The notes under the pieces: generated by a model
Seen by the model: only the letters and a program-made list of their open reading frames with translations
What the model was told of the DNA's origin: nothing
Databases searched by the model: none
Assembly (NCBI GenBank): GCA_965249545.1
Contig: CBDFMH010000005.1
Coordinates: 604,126 to 668,125, forward strand
Source of the DNA: Pirellulales bacterium
Lineage (GTDB): Bacteria > Planctomycetota > Planctomycetia > Pirellulales > UBA1268
Length of the DNA: 64,000 nucleotides
Direction of reading: 5' to 3'
Shown: positions 29,958 to 41,500 of the stretch, piece after piece
How positions within the stretch are numbered: the stretch's first letter is position 1
Layout: each line of letters opens with the position of its first letter
Translations under genes and position numbers: made by a program

Positions 29958-30356
29958 ATGATTAGTTTTGATAACTCAGATAATTCATCTGACTTGGATC
30001 ATAACCGCAACCTTCTTGGCAAACCACTGATTCCATGCTCCACGGAACCACTCACTGGATTTTTTCGAGATGGCCTTTGCCGAACATGTTCTGATGATAC
30101 CGGTTCCCATACTGTTTGTGCCGTCATGACTGAGGCCTTTCTTCAATTTACAGTCGAAGCAGGAAACGATCTCGTCACACCACGACCTGAATTTAATTTT
30201 TCTGGGCTCGTACCGGGTGATCGATGGTGCCTTTGCGCCGCTCGATGGCTCGAAGCCATGAGAGCAGGCTGTGCTCCACGAGTTGTTCTCGAGGCAACGA
30301 GTGAGAAAGCGCTCGATGTCATTCCATTCGAACTCCTCCAACAACACACTGCCTGA
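29958..30356 (+). CDS. DUF2237 family protein
   Basis: PLTGFFRDGLC, HTVCA, GNDLVTPRP, PGDRWCLCAARW. Confidence 0.9.
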   Translation: MISFDNSDNSSDLDHNRNLLGKPLIPCSTEPLTGFFRDGLCRTCSDDTGSHTVCAVMTEAFLQFTVEAGNDLVTPRPEFNFSGLVPGDRWCLCAARWLEAMRAGCAPRVVLEATSEKALDVIPFELLQQHTA

Positions 30357-30365
30357 TGTTTCTAT

Positions 30366-32390
30366 TCAGTCAGTGTTACGGCTCGTCGACAAGAAGAGTT
30401 TGTTTGCAGCGGTCCGCTCGGAACGACTACCAACAAATGAAACTTCGTCACCAATTTGTAACTGAAGCGTCGGCCCAGGATTTCGTATCTGCTGATTACT
30501 ACGCTGGATTGCGATGATTGTTGCCCCTGTTTTTGCTCGAACATCCAGTTCACCAATTGTCTGGCCTGCGACAATGCTCCGTTGTGATATTCGACAACGT
30601 CCTAATTGATCATGAATATCTGGGCTATCTATCGACTGAATTGGTCGTCTTCTCACACCACTTCGCAAAAATCCATAGTTTTCTAAACGAAGTTGATCAA
30701 CAAGATCATCAATTTTCTCTTCTGGAACATCGTAGATACCAAGCACTCGCTCAAAAAGTGATAGTGCCGTTTCAAACTCTGCAGGCACAACAACATCTGC
30801 ACCCAATAGTCGTAATTCATCAACTTCTGCCAAGTACTCTGTCCGAACAAATATCTCGAGTTCTGGTACGAGATCGCGTGCTACACGTACGCTACGACGT
30901 GCACTCGCTGGATCAGAGATTGCTACCACAAAGGCCCGTGCACGAAAAATTCCTGCATGTTCTAGAATCGCCTGACGAGTACAGTCGCCGTAGCGAATAT
31001 CTATACCCAATGATCCCTCACTGCGAACCGTTTCTGGATTCAACTCCAAAATAACATGTGGGACGCCAAACTCGCCCAAAGCGGTTGCCAAGCTCCGTCC
31101 ATTAATACCAAAACCGGCAATGATCACATGGTCTGATAAAGCTATGTCCTCTTCCGGTGGCGAATCATGAAACATCCCACCAAACCATGAGCTTTGTCCA
31201 AGCCAGTCACAAAGTTGTGGCACAACAATTGTAAGAAGTGGAGCCGAAGCCATCGTAATAACAGCAGCTGCGAGAAATGTCTGGTAGTCATCACCTGTTA
31301 ACAAGCCTACATCAGCTCCTCGTGATCCAAGAACGAATGAGAATTCACCTACTTGAGCGATCGTCCCACCAGCAATAAGGCTCGTCCGGACAGGAAAACC
31401 TGCAAGCATCGCCGGGATTGCTGTGGCAAAAACCTTGAGTAACACAATTACAAAAACGACGAGGCATACAAGTCCGAAGTGTGAAAAAACAAACGATATA
31501 TCAAGCAGCATTCCCACAGATACAAAGAAAAGACTGGCAAGTGTATCGCGAAAAGGGAGCACTTCTGCAAAGGCCTGATGACCGTATTCACTTTCAGAAA
31601 GTGCTAAACCGGCTATGAAAGCCCCGATGGCAAGTGATAAGCCAGCCGCCGCAGTGATCGCCGCTGTACCAAGGCAAATAAGTACAAGCGTTATCAGAAA
31701 TAGCTCCCGATTTCGTAGTCGCACTACTTCGTGCAAAACTTTTGGAATGAACTGCCGTCCAGCAAGAAGCACACCAACGACGATAGAAAATCCAACGAGA
31801 ACCGCCAAGAACGGATTTTCGACCAGTGGTTGAGTGCTGTGGTGAGAAGTATTTTGATGATTGGCTGGTGCACTCACTCCAGCTGAAGCCGCTAACAAAG
31901 GTACCGCAAGCATTGCAACGATCACAAATAAGTCCTGCAACAAGAGAACTGATATTGAGATGCGTCCTGCCTGAGTACCAGATTGACTACGATCCGATAA
32001 AAGTTTCAGAACGATCGCAGTACTCGACATGGCAATCAGGAGCCCAGCAAAGATTGCTTGGGGAAGTGTTCCTACATGCCAACGACAGGCTGCAGCAATC
32101 AGAAGTGTTGTTCCAGCAATCTGTGGAAACCCAATACTTGCCATGAGTGGCAACATCGCAAGCAGTCGTGAAATAGAGATTTCAAGTCCAACCGTAAACA
32201 AGAGGACGACAACGCCAATTTCTGCAAGGAGTTCAACACTCTCCAGATCATCAACCAGAGATAGTCCATAAGGGCCCACCACGACACCTGAGACAAGCAG
32301 ACCGATGACGCTGGGTATTTGTGCTCGTCCAAACAGGAAAACAACAACTGCTGTTACGGCAAAAACGACAAGAAGATCAGAAAGAAACAT
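30366..32390 (-). CDS. CPA2 family monovalent cation:proton antiporter with TrkA-N and TrkA-C domains (Kef-like)
   Basis: AEIGVV.LLF..GLE, SSTAIV, LLQD, GAFIAG, FFVSVG, QVGEFSFV; HVIIAGFGING; C-terminal RCK_C domain. Confidence 0.92.
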   Translation of the reverse strand: MFLSDLLVVFAVTAVVVFLFGRAQIPSVIGLLVSGVVVGPYGLSLVDDLESVELLAEIGVVVLLFTVGLEISISRLLAMLPLMASIGFPQIAGTTLLIAAACRWHVGTLPQAIFAGLLIAMSSTAIVLKLLSDRSQSGTQAGRISISVLLLQDLFVIVAMLAVPLLAASAGVSAPANHQNTSHHSTQPLVENPFLAVLVGFSIVVGVLLAGRQFIPKVLHEVVRLRNRELFLITLVLICLGTAAITAAAGLSLAIGAFIAGLALSESEYGHQAFAEVLPFRDTLASLFFVSVGMLLDISFVFSHFGLVCLVVFVIVLLKVFATAIPAMLAGFPVRTSLIAGGTIAQVGEFSFVLGSRGADVGLLTGDDYQTFLAAAVITMASAPLLTIVVPQLCDWLGQSSWFGGMFHDSPPEEDIALSDHVIIAGFGINGRSLATALGEFGVPHVILELNPETVRSEGSLGIDIRYGDCTRQAILEHAGIFRARAFVVAISDPASARRSVRVARDLVPELEIFVRTEYLAEVDELRLLGADVVVPAEFETALSLFERVLGIYDVPEEKIDDLVDQLRLENYGFLRSGVRRRPIQSIDSPDIHDQLGRCRISQRSIVAGQTIGELDVRAKTGATIIAIQRSNQQIRNPGPTLQLQIGDEVSFVGSRSERTAANKLFLSTSRNTD

Positions 32391-32540
32391 TATTTAAATA
32401 GGAGAGGAGGGCAGCAGAGGTAATTTCATTCAGCACAAAAACTACAGGAAAATCATAAAATCCCCATAACCCATCCGGCTGGAAATCACACTAGGGGAAG
32501 CACTCTGTCTTCTGTTAGAGTCTGATACGTACCAAAAACT

Positions 32541-33443
32541 TTGATATTTCCCTATGAAAGCTTGATACAAGTGGTGACCACGCAATCTCATTGGGCGAGG
32601 CTTTTGATCAGGACATTTTGTCCTGTCCTTGTATTCCTGTTTTCCCTTGGGCAAGCAGTTTTTGCCAATGAAAATGGCTTTCTTAGAGTTGAGACTGATG
32701 TCTTTGCGGACCGAGATGACGTACCGATTGCTCACAGCCTGACACTGTTTTCATCCGAAGTGGCCTGGGACTTTCTTGACACTACAACTACGGAACAGAA
32801 GAAATCCGAATCTGAATCAGATCACACCAAAGCATTCAATGGTGAGATTGTTCTTCACGACCCAACTCGAGAACGCATTTTACTTATTGATCCTCTTCGG
32901 CAAGTGAAAACATCGATAGATAGTATCCAACTCGAACGATTACGTGTTTCACTTTCAAAATGGGTACGGACATCGGATGACAAACTACTGTGTTGGGCTG
33001 GCGGTCCGCATTTTGAAAATGGCATTTCTGAATCGGATGATGCAATTGAACTCGTTGGCCCGCGAGTGCAATACCGAATTGAAACTACAGATGCACCGTC
33101 ACCAGAAATAGCAGGGCAATACAGACAGTTTGCAGACACGGCACTCCTGTTACGTGCCCTCCTTCATCCGGGTGGCATTCCACCATTTCCTCGACTGGCA
33201 CTAAACAAACGGATTGCATCTGAAGCCAAACTTCCGACATCTGTCACTCTTCAAATAGATTCTCGAGGTAGTCTTGTTGCGTCCGGACTCTCCTCGATGA
33301 TGCAACGCCACTTGTATTCAGTTCACCGCATTCATCCCGCGCTCCGGGCTGATGATTTACAACGAATTGCTGATGCCGAAGCCTGTATGGCAATTGCTGA
33401 AGAAGTGAGTCTTGCAGAGTACACACAGGCTGAAAAGAAATAA
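32541..33443 (+). CDS. Hypothetical protein, probably secreted
   Basis: 300-aa ORF with a signal-like hydrophobic segment ending AVFA. No family recognised; start uncertain. Confidence 0.6.
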   Translation: MIFPYESLIQVVTTQSHWARLLIRTFCPVLVFLFSLGQAVFANENGFLRVETDVFADRDDVPIAHSLTLFSSEVAWDFLDTTTTEQKKSESESDHTKAFNGEIVLHDPTRERILLIDPLRQVKTSIDSIQLERLRVSLSKWVRTSDDKLLCWAGGPHFENGISESDDAIELVGPRVQYRIETTDAPSPEIAGQYRQFADTALLLRALLHPGGIPPFPRLALNKRIASEAKLPTSVTLQIDSRGSLVASGLSSMMQRHLYSVHRIHPALRADDLQRIADAEACMAIAEEVSLAEYTQAEKK

Positions 33444-33731
33444 GTTCGATTTCTTTCAGTGCCTACTATTGCACAATCAAATTCTATAAAAAGATTTTAC
33501 ATCTTTAGTGAGTCCCCGGTGCAGCCGGAATGATCCGTATGACTGCATGATAAATCGTTACGGCCAAGAAATCTTAAGTATCCGGACGATATTTCCTTTG
33601 GCTCCTATCTTTCCCAGGCCTTCTGGTGAACCAGGTCGCGGTGCTATCCACCCGTCGGGATCACATAAAGCCTGCACAGTTGCTAGCTCTATTCATTTCA
33701 AAAATCTATCTCACGAAAAACGGAGGCTTTT

Positions 33732-33953
33732 ATGCTGGTATTGTCCCGAAAGCAAAATGAGCGCATTCGAGTTGGTGAATCAGTTGTGGTAACGATCGTA
33801 AGAGTAAATGGTGATAAAGTGCGAATAGGCATCGAGGCACCATCTGAAATGCGGGTTTTGCGGGACGAATTAGAAATCGATGCACTCGGAGACGTCATTC
33901 TTGAGGATGATGGTGTGTTACCAATCACAAGCTTATGCAAACTTGCTGGGTAA
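33732..33953 (+). CDS. csrA: Carbon storage regulator CsrA/RsmA family
   Basis: MLVLSRK.NE.I..G...V......GDKVRIGIEAP....VLRDEL; GGAGG RBS. Confidence 0.93.
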   Translation: MLVLSRKQNERIRVGESVVVTIVRVNGDKVRIGIEAPSEMRVLRDELEIDALGDVILEDDGVLPITSLCKLAG

Positions 33954-33971
33954 CCAGTTAAGAGATCCATT

Positions 33972-34787
33972 TTGGAAAACGCTGTAAATGAAAATTTCTT
34001 GCAGGACTTAAAAGACAACGAGGAGAATAGGCTGTCTCTTCCTACGGTTGGGCAGAAGAAAGCGTATCGGCTTGCGTTTTTTGCAATGTTGTGCTGCTGC
34101 ATATTGATCGTTGCGGTTTGCAGTCTGGCGTTTGTACCTCCTCAGTTTTATCGATCGGTTGAAAATATTGGATTGGAGGACCAGTCGATTGCGGGACGTT
34201 TCGTAACGCAGATAGCATCCGTCACGAATGAAATTCGGCATAAAAACAAATGGGGTATCAGCGTGCGTGAAAATGAAATAAATGCATGGTTAGGAAATGA
34301 CTTGCCTCGAAATCACCCTGAACTTCTTGGAAACGCATTGTGGGGCAGACTGTCCCGCCCACGTATCAAACTAGAACCACACCTATTTCGTATCGGAATA
34401 GAAGTTTCGAGGTGGGGAGTCACAACTGTGGCGTGGGCAGACATTGAGGTCAGGCTTAAATCCGCCAACCAATTCGCCTTAACCGTGCAAAGGGCCGGCG
34501 TGGGGCAACTCCCTCTTCCTCGTAATGCTATTCTTCAGGAATGTCGAAAGGCTCTGGAAAACGCCGGGATGGATACAGACATACAACGATATCGTGATCG
34601 AATTCTTCTCTTGGCGACTGTTCCTGCGCGTCTCACGAATTCATCCTCACCGGACAAAGAAAGTCGACAGCCTCGACGTTGGCAGATTGAATCTCTACGA
34701 ATCGATCATGGCTCAGTCACAGTTGTAGGAACGAGTTATACGAAAAAGAAATCTCGTACATTTTCAGAAGCCATGCCATCAAATTAG
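33972..34787 (+). CDS. Hypothetical membrane-anchored protein
   Basis: One N-terminal TM segment and an EINAWL motif; lies in a co-directional gene run. Confidence 0.65.
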   Translation: MENAVNENFLQDLKDNEENRLSLPTVGQKKAYRLAFFAMLCCCILIVAVCSLAFVPPQFYRSVENIGLEDQSIAGRFVTQIASVTNEIRHKNKWGISVRENEINAWLGNDLPRNHPELLGNALWGRLSRPRIKLEPHLFRIGIEVSRWGVTTVAWADIEVRLKSANQFALTVQRAGVGQLPLPRNAILQECRKALENAGMDTDIQRYRDRILLLATVPARLTNSSSPDKESRQPRRWQIESLRIDHGSVTVVGTSYTKKKSRTFSEAMPSN

Positions 34788-34794
34788 AAATAAA

Positions 34795-35796
34795 ATGAGT
34801 AAAAAAAACAAAAAAGCAGTCGAGAACCAAACGTCAAAAGAGAACACTCCTTGGAGTGAGACTCATGCCGATATGTGCAACGATCTTCCAAGTACAATAC
34901 TCGGGGATGACCTTGCGCTTGTTACGGAAAATATGGAGGCAATTCTTCGTTCGCCTAGTCACAGCCTTGCACAGGACGACCGTGCACTACTCGAACGGAC
35001 TGAAATGCGAGGTGTTCGCATGCTGCTGGAACTTGGCAAACCAGAACTTGCGTTTCAGGAAGACAATATTGAATCAACCGTTATTGTGTTTGGTGGCACT
35101 CAAATAATCGAAAGAAATGCTGCAGAAAGGCACCTATCAGAAGCTCTTCGCAATCAGGCAATGGATGCTGAAAACTTAAGACTTGCTCGTGATGTACAAC
35201 GAAGCGAACGACTCGTTGAGTTATCTCACTTCTATGATGACGCCCGGCAGTTTGCTCGACTTGTTTCGTTAGATAATCAATGTGATAAAAAAAGATCCTA
35301 TGTTGTCGTCACCGGCGGAGGCCCCGGTATTATGGAGGCCGCAAATCGAGGCGCTTTCGATGTTGGATGCAAATCTATTGGGCTCAACATCAAGTTGCCT
35401 GGAGAACAACAACCGAACCCTTTTATCACTCCAGAGCTTTGCTTTCAGTTTAAATATTTTGCTCTACGAAAATTTCATTTTATTCTTCGATCTGTAGGTG
35501 CAGTATTATTTCCGGGTGGATTTGGGACACTCGATGAAATGTTTGAGGCACTCACGCTCCGGCAAACACACAGAATGCAACCTATTCCAATCATCTTATT
35601 TGGGCGTGATTACTGGTCCAAAGTTATTGACTTTGACTTCCTCGCTGACTCTGGTGTTATCTCGCATGAGCACCTCGATCTTTTTGAATACGCAGACACA
35701 CCTGAGAGTGCCTGGGAAAAAATCCTTCAATTCAACAAAGACCTAAGAAATAAGTCACCTGAAGAAATGGCACCTCATGGTGTTCCGGATGAATAG
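34795..35796 (+). CDS. LOG family nucleotide monophosphate nucleosidase (TIGR00730-like)
   Basis: TGGGPGIMEAANRGA, GLNI.LP.EQ.PNP, YFALRK, PGGFGTLDE. Confidence 0.92.
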   Translation: MSKKNKKAVENQTSKENTPWSETHADMCNDLPSTILGDDLALVTENMEAILRSPSHSLAQDDRALLERTEMRGVRMLLELGKPELAFQEDNIESTVIVFGGTQIIERNAAERHLSEALRNQAMDAENLRLARDVQRSERLVELSHFYDDARQFARLVSLDNQCDKKRSYVVVTGGGPGIMEAANRGAFDVGCKSIGLNIKLPGEQQPNPFITPELCFQFKYFALRKFHFILRSVGAVLFPGGFGTLDEMFEALTLRQTHRMQPIPIILFGRDYWSKVIDFDFLADSGVISHEHLDLFEYADTPESAWEKILQFNKDLRNKSPEEMAPHGVPDE

Positions 35797-35827
35797 CAGG
35801 CCGATACACGGCATTTCACGATAGCTA

Positions 35828-37630
35828 TCAGACGCACGGTATTAGAAGACAGAATAAGCTGCCCTCGTTCGGCCGGCTATCAACTGAGATTGTTCCACCA
35901 TGAGCCTGGACAATGTGTTTCACGATCGACAGTCCAAGTCCTGTTCCACCCGCCTGCCTGCTACGACCCTTATCCACCCGATAAAACCGCTCGAAGAGTC
36001 GGGGCAAATGCTCTGCCTGGATTCCGCAACCGTGATCAGCAACACTGATCATCAGTTCTTCCTTATCTTCAGAATGAGCTTTTTTCAGATTGGCGCAAAT
36101 TGATATTGGTTGATGAGTCCCACTGTACTTGACTGCGTTTTCAATCAGATTGACGACTGCCTGTTCTAAAAGGGGGGCATTCACAGGCGCGATCAGGCCC
36201 TTGTCACAATTGATGTTCATCGTAATACCCTGCTCCATTGCTCGAGGCATACAGTCCGCACATGCAGTTGCCAAAATATCTGCAATTGTTGTTGGCTCTA
36301 AAGGCAGAACACCGGACCCCTCACTCTGTTCGATTCGTGAGAGAGCAAGAAGATCTTCAATGATTGCTTCAAGCCGATCTGCTTGTTTTGCCACTATGGA
36401 TAAAAACCGTTTGTTATCTTGCGGCTCATTGATTGCTCCATCAAGGAGTGTTTCAACAAATCCCTTGATTGTTGCAATAGGCGTCTTCAGTTCATGTGAT
36501 ACGTTTGCCACAAAATCTTGCCGAACTATCTCTAGACGTTCGAGCTCAGTAACATCGTTTAAAACCATTACGGCCCCACCTTCTCCAGACGGATCTCGGA
36601 GTGCCGTACCGTGAGCGCGAATTGTTCGTTTTGGAGGACCTGTAAGATCGAAGTCATCTTCTATTGGCTCACGGCAATCAATAGCCCGGAGAACAAAGCG
36701 ACGTATCGCTGGATTTCGCACCACACTCTGAAGTGGCTTCCGTAAAGCGACATCGATATCAATATTTAAAAGTGTTGCCGCTGCTTGATTGAGACCGACG
36801 ATTTTTTGCCGAACATCGACTGCAAGCACACCTTCCATCATGCTATCAAGTACAGCCTCTTGTTCGATATCTCTTCGCCCAAGAGTTAAACCTCGTTCTA
36901 CAAGTTTTTCTTTGAGAATACTCGTCGCCTCAGCAATTGTTGCTAATTCGGCAACTTCTGGCCTTGGTATTTGCTCCGTCCCATCACCATTCACAACACG
37001 TTTAATTGCACGAGCAAGATCGCGTGCTGGTTTTGCAACCCAGAGCGCAATCAGCCATCCTACGAACAGAGCAAACAAGCCAACAGAAACAAAACCAATC
37101 AAAAGCTTTTTAAATGAACCTGACAGGATATGATCTGTCTCATGCGTATCCATCGACAGGCAGAGTGCTCCTAACGGATTGCTTAGCGGCCCGAATGGTA
37201 CCGCTATAACCAAAAGACGACTATTCGTATCGACGTTGTACCAACTTGTCTTTCCAGTTCTCCCAGCTTTCGTTTCATCAAGAAGATATTTCAGTTCCGG
37301 CAACGTCTCGATTGCGTCGTCATTTAGCAAATTTTTGGAGGCTATTGTATGTAAACGATTTCCTTGAAAATCAAAGACCTCAAATCTTTGTTGTTCTGAG
37401 CTTATAATTTCATTTAAAAGTGGCGTAATTTGCTCTTCTCGAGATGAATCGATAACACCTCTAAGTAGATCTGCCAAGCCAACAGCAGTTGTCTTCATCC
37501 GCTTGAACTCCGCTTCTTCGGTAACAGCGGCTATTCGCACGGCTGAGAGCCAGTAGCAACTAGCTAGCACAATGACTAATGCCACCGCGTAAGTTCCAAA
37601 GAGATGCCTTGAGAGCCTAGGTTTGGGCAT
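35828..37630 (-). CDS. phoR: PhoR-like sensor histidine kinase (2 TM, HAMP, PAS, HisKA, HATPase)
   Basis: RQDFVANVSHELKTP, NLIENAVKY, DHGCGI, LFERFYRVDKGRSR..GGTGLGLSIVKH. Confidence 0.8.
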   Translation of the reverse strand: MPKPRLSRHLFGTYAVALVIVLASCYWLSAVRIAAVTEEAEFKRMKTTAVGLADLLRGVIDSSREEQITPLLNEIISSEQQRFEVFDFQGNRLHTIASKNLLNDDAIETLPELKYLLDETKAGRTGKTSWYNVDTNSRLLVIAVPFGPLSNPLGALCLSMDTHETDHILSGSFKKLLIGFVSVGLFALFVGWLIALWVAKPARDLARAIKRVVNGDGTEQIPRPEVAELATIAEATSILKEKLVERGLTLGRRDIEQEAVLDSMMEGVLAVDVRQKIVGLNQAAATLLNIDIDVALRKPLQSVVRNPAIRRFVLRAIDCREPIEDDFDLTGPPKRTIRAHGTALRDPSGEGGAVMVLNDVTELERLEIVRQDFVANVSHELKTPIATIKGFVETLLDGAINEPQDNKRFLSIVAKQADRLEAIIEDLLALSRIEQSEGSGVLPLEPTTIADILATACADCMPRAMEQGITMNINCDKGLIAPVNAPLLEQAVVNLIENAVKYSGTHQPISICANLKKAHSEDKEELMISVADHGCGIQAEHLPRLFERFYRVDKGRSRQAGGTGLGLSIVKHIVQAHGGTISVDSRPNEGSLFCLLIPCV

Positions 37631-37653
37631 AGTAATACGATGGGTTTAAGAAT

Positions 37654-38361
37654 TTATGCCCGGAACCGATACCCTACGCCCCGGACAGTCTCAATATTAC
37701 TACCAAAGTCACCCAGTTTTTTCCTCAAGCCTGCGACTTGTACGTCGACTGAGCGTTCTGTTACCGGATAATCCTCACCTTTCACGGCATCGACAATTTG
37801 AGCTCTGGTATAGGCCCATCCTGGTCGCTTCGCGAGATGTTGAAGCAGGGCAAATTCAGTATACGTAAGATTCAGTGCTAACCCACCTAAAGTTACCTCA
37901 TGCCGCCCTGGATGTATCATAAGATCTCGAATCTCGATTGTTGATTCTTGCTGGCTTTTTAATTCCACATCTTTACGACGCATTAAAGATTTCACTCTTG
38001 CAAGTAAAACGCGTGGACTAAAAGGCTTTGTGACGTAGTCATCTGCACCGCCATCGAGACCGGTAATGACATCTCGTTCTTCACTCTTGGCAGTGAGCAT
38101 TATGATTGGTACTTCACGTGTTTTTGAATCTCTTTTGAGACGCCGACATACTTCAAGACCATCAATTCCAGGAAGCATTAAATCAAGGACTATAAGGTCG
38201 GGTAATTTCTGCCTGACCGATTCAACTGCCTTCTCTCCAGTGTCGACACACGTGATTGAATGTCCTTCCTTAGCGAGTGTATATCGCACCAATTCAAGAA
38301 GGTCTTCTTCGTCATCTACAACAAGTATGTTGTGGCTTGCCACTGAATCGTTGCTAGACAT
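37654..38361 (-). CDS. phoB: PhoB/PhoP-like OmpR-family response regulator
   Basis: ILVVDDE, LDLMLPG, GADDYVTKPFSP, ERSVDVQV..LRKKL, IETVRGVGYRF; directly upstream of the PhoR-like kinase. Confidence 0.8.
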   Translation of the reverse strand: MSSNDSVASHNILVVDDEEDLLELVRYTLAKEGHSITCVDTGEKAVESVRQKLPDLIVLDLMLPGIDGLEVCRRLKRDSKTREVPIIMLTAKSEERDVITGLDGGADDYVTKPFSPRVLLARVKSLMRRKDVELKSQQESTIEIRDLMIHPGRHEVTLGGLALNLTYTEFALLQHLAKRPGWAYTRAQIVDAVKGEDYPVTERSVDVQVAGLRKKLGDFGSNIETVRGVGYRFRA

Positions 38362-38583
38362 TTTTAGAGTGCACGGGGTTTGTTCGATTTATACTTCTAC
38401 GACTTCAAACCATTTCTCTGACTGCGGGCAATCCGACATAATTGGGTGCTGCTTCATTTTTCTAATGCGATAAATGAAAAACTTCAATTAACCTCCATCA
38501 CGCTATCCTGCAGTACTGATGTCTGCAAATGATGCAATAAATATATTTAGTTTGTGTGAGGTCTCGTCTACTGAAAATATGTC

Positions 38584-41500
38584 TTATGACAGCAACATTT
38601 CGACATCTTCGGTCGTCAGTCCTGAAAGAATCCCTGTATCGGCTGAAATGATTGACGCTGCAAGTTCACGTTTTTGGTCCTGAAGGGCGAGAATCTTCTC
38701 TTCAACTGTGTTTCGGGCAATGAGTCGGTATGCAAAAACAGGACGTGTCTGACCAATACGATGAGCCCGGTCAATAGCCTGGGCCTCCACTGCTGGATTC
38801 CACCAGGGATCAAGAATATAGACATAGTCTGCCGCAGTCAGGTTCAGGCCCTGTCCTCCTGCTTTCAGACTGACCAGGAAAAGCCGACAATCTGAGTCTT
38901 CCTGAAACCTTTCAACGCGGCTTTGTCTATCAGTCGTTTTGCCGTCTAGATATTCATACGTCCGACCGCGTTCATCCAGCTTTCGTCGAAGAATGGCAAG
39001 AAAACTTGTAAATTGACTAAACACCAGCACCTTGTGCCCTTCATCAAGCACTTCATCAAGTTGCTCCAGAAGCGTATCTAGTTTTGTGGATGGATCATCA
39101 ATTCGATTTGCATCGATCAAGCCAGGGTGGCACGCTGCTTGACGAAGTCGTAAGAGAGCCTCAAGTACTGCAATTCGACTCCGACCAATTCCTTGCTGGC
39201 CAATTCGAGTAGTAAGCTCATTACGGTAGTGCTGCCGAAGATCATCATATGCTTTTCGTTGTTGATCACCCAGCTCACAGAATAGTGTCTGCTCTGTTTT
39301 CTCAGGGAGGTCAGAGAGCACCTCTGTTTTTGTTCTTCGAAGCAGGTAGGGCCGTACTGCCCGTGCCACAAGTTCCGACCCATTCCCTCGACCGCCGGCA
39401 AGAAATCTCTTTAAGCGGCCCGCCGTTCCAAGCTGCCCTGGGTTGAGGAACTCAAAAATACTCCACAACTCGCCAATATGATTTTCAACAGGCGTACCCG
39501 TCAGAGCCAATCGCTGTCTTGCTCGTAGCAAGCGGCAGGCTTTCGCAGCCTGACTCGTTGCATTTTTAATCGATTGGGCTTCGTCAAGAATGACATAATC
39601 AAAATCAGTTTTTCGGTGCTGTGCTATATCACGACGGAGGGTGCCATACGTTGTCAGAACAAGATCAAATTGGTCGATCACCTCTGTTGAATCAGTCCGT
39701 TCTTGACCGGTGTAGTTGAGCAACCGTAATTCTGGTGCAAAACGCTTGGCTTCTTGCATCCAATTAAAAATCAAGCTTTTTGGAACGATGACAAGTGACG
39801 GCCGCGTCGCTATGCCTGCCTCTTCAAGCACACGCTGTCTCCGTACCAGAAGCGCGAGTACCTGAATGGTCTTTCCAAGACCCATATCATCCGCAAGACA
39901 ACCGCCAAGACCAAGTCGCTCGAGAAAGCTCAGCCATCCCAGACCTTCTTTCTGGTAATGTCGCAGGCTGCCTTCAAATCCATTTGGCTCATTCTCTGGT
40001 TCAGGCCTACCACCAGCAGCCAGTTCATCACGAATGACAGAAAATGCATCGTCCACCTGCGACTGTGGCATTCCGGCAATGAGTGCATCAAGGAGCGCTG
40101 CCTGCATACGGCCGTACCGCAGACGACCATTTTTTTCCTGCGCAAGTGCGAGGAGAGGCTCTAACTGAGTCGCAAAGTCAGCAGGCAAGATCCCGCGAGA
40201 GCCATCCTGCAAGTCAACTGCTCGGTCGCCTCTTGCAAGTGCTGAAAGGAGTTCGGGCATGTCTGCAATCACACCACCGAAATCAATCGATCCAGAAAGT
40301 TCAAACCAATCAATACCGCTGTTAACATTCCACGCTACATTCCCAGCTGGCCGGTATCGTCGCCCAGATACTTCTACTGCCCATCCCACACTTGCTAATT
40401 GAGATACCGATGCATCAAGTCGTGAACGAGGCACCTCAACATGATGCGTTGGAACGACATCATCTTCAGTGACACTCGCTTGCCCAGTTCGGACTGGAGA
40501 AAAGCCAAATCGTGGTAATGCCTTGAGTGCTTCGCGCTCTGCTGTTTTGTTTCGCCGGACAAGTCGACGCCTTGCTGCATCAGCCGCACCACCTGCTGGA
40601 TCATCCGCCGCTATCTGAATCCCGCCGTAGTCGAACCAAATGTTTCCTCCCAGCTGAATCTTTGGTTTACTTTTACGTGCCTTGCGCTTCGGACGACCAA
40701 GTGATTCCTCAGGATCAATCGATCCTACCTGCTCCTCATCTTTCATATTTGGTGAATCATCTAATACTAATTTGGGCTGAGGCCTTCCTGACTCTACCTG
40801 CCATCCTGTCCAACCAGGAAGTTCTAGTTTCGGTAGGTCTGCCAGCGAAGCAAGTTGCTCAATGAGCCCGTCAATCTGAGACCCAGATAATTCAATTGGG
40901 CCTCGTCTATCAAATTGCTCCATCCAGCCTCGAAGACCTGCGGGTTCGTCTTGCTCTGAGAACTCGCCCTGCTGTTCCTCTGCAGCTGCATCAATAACAA
41001 GCCGGCACAGACGATCTTCGAGCACAAGAAAGCCGGCTCGCAGAATCAATCTCGGTGTTTGGAGTGACTGTCGTTCACTCCCCCGTACAAGAAGACCATT
41101 AAGACTGGCTTTCTTTGGACAGACCCGCTTTTCCTTTTTCGAAAGAAGGTCATTCTGAAGACAGGCTTCAAGTCCCGTGTCGTCACCAGGTTCGATGATT
41201 AAAGCAAATTCCCATGGTCGACCAGCATCCCATACTAATGGCACGACTGCTTCTGGTGCTCGACGGGGCTCTGGCTGAAAGACAAGCCGGCCCTCTGCAC
41301 AAAGCATCGCGAGATCCCGTGCTGCAGACTGTCGGCTAAGCAAAAACCGACTCATGGTACGTTCTTCAAGTGTTTGCCCACCATGATGTGTCTCAGCAGA
41401 CATTGTGCCAGCGAGCATAGATAACACTCGCCTTTCATCAGCATCAAAATGACCAAAAGAGATCGCCTGCGGGCCAATGATAATTGGCTTTGGCTGACCG

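Noticed and set aside
33698..34102. 134-aa minus-strand ORF
   Set aside because: Antisense shadow of csrA and the next gene; no motifs.
38362..38583. Pho box upstream of the phoB-like gene
   Set aside because: Only one good hexamer (TGTGAG, ~38555) with a poor neighbour at 10-bp spacing; no 11-bp array.
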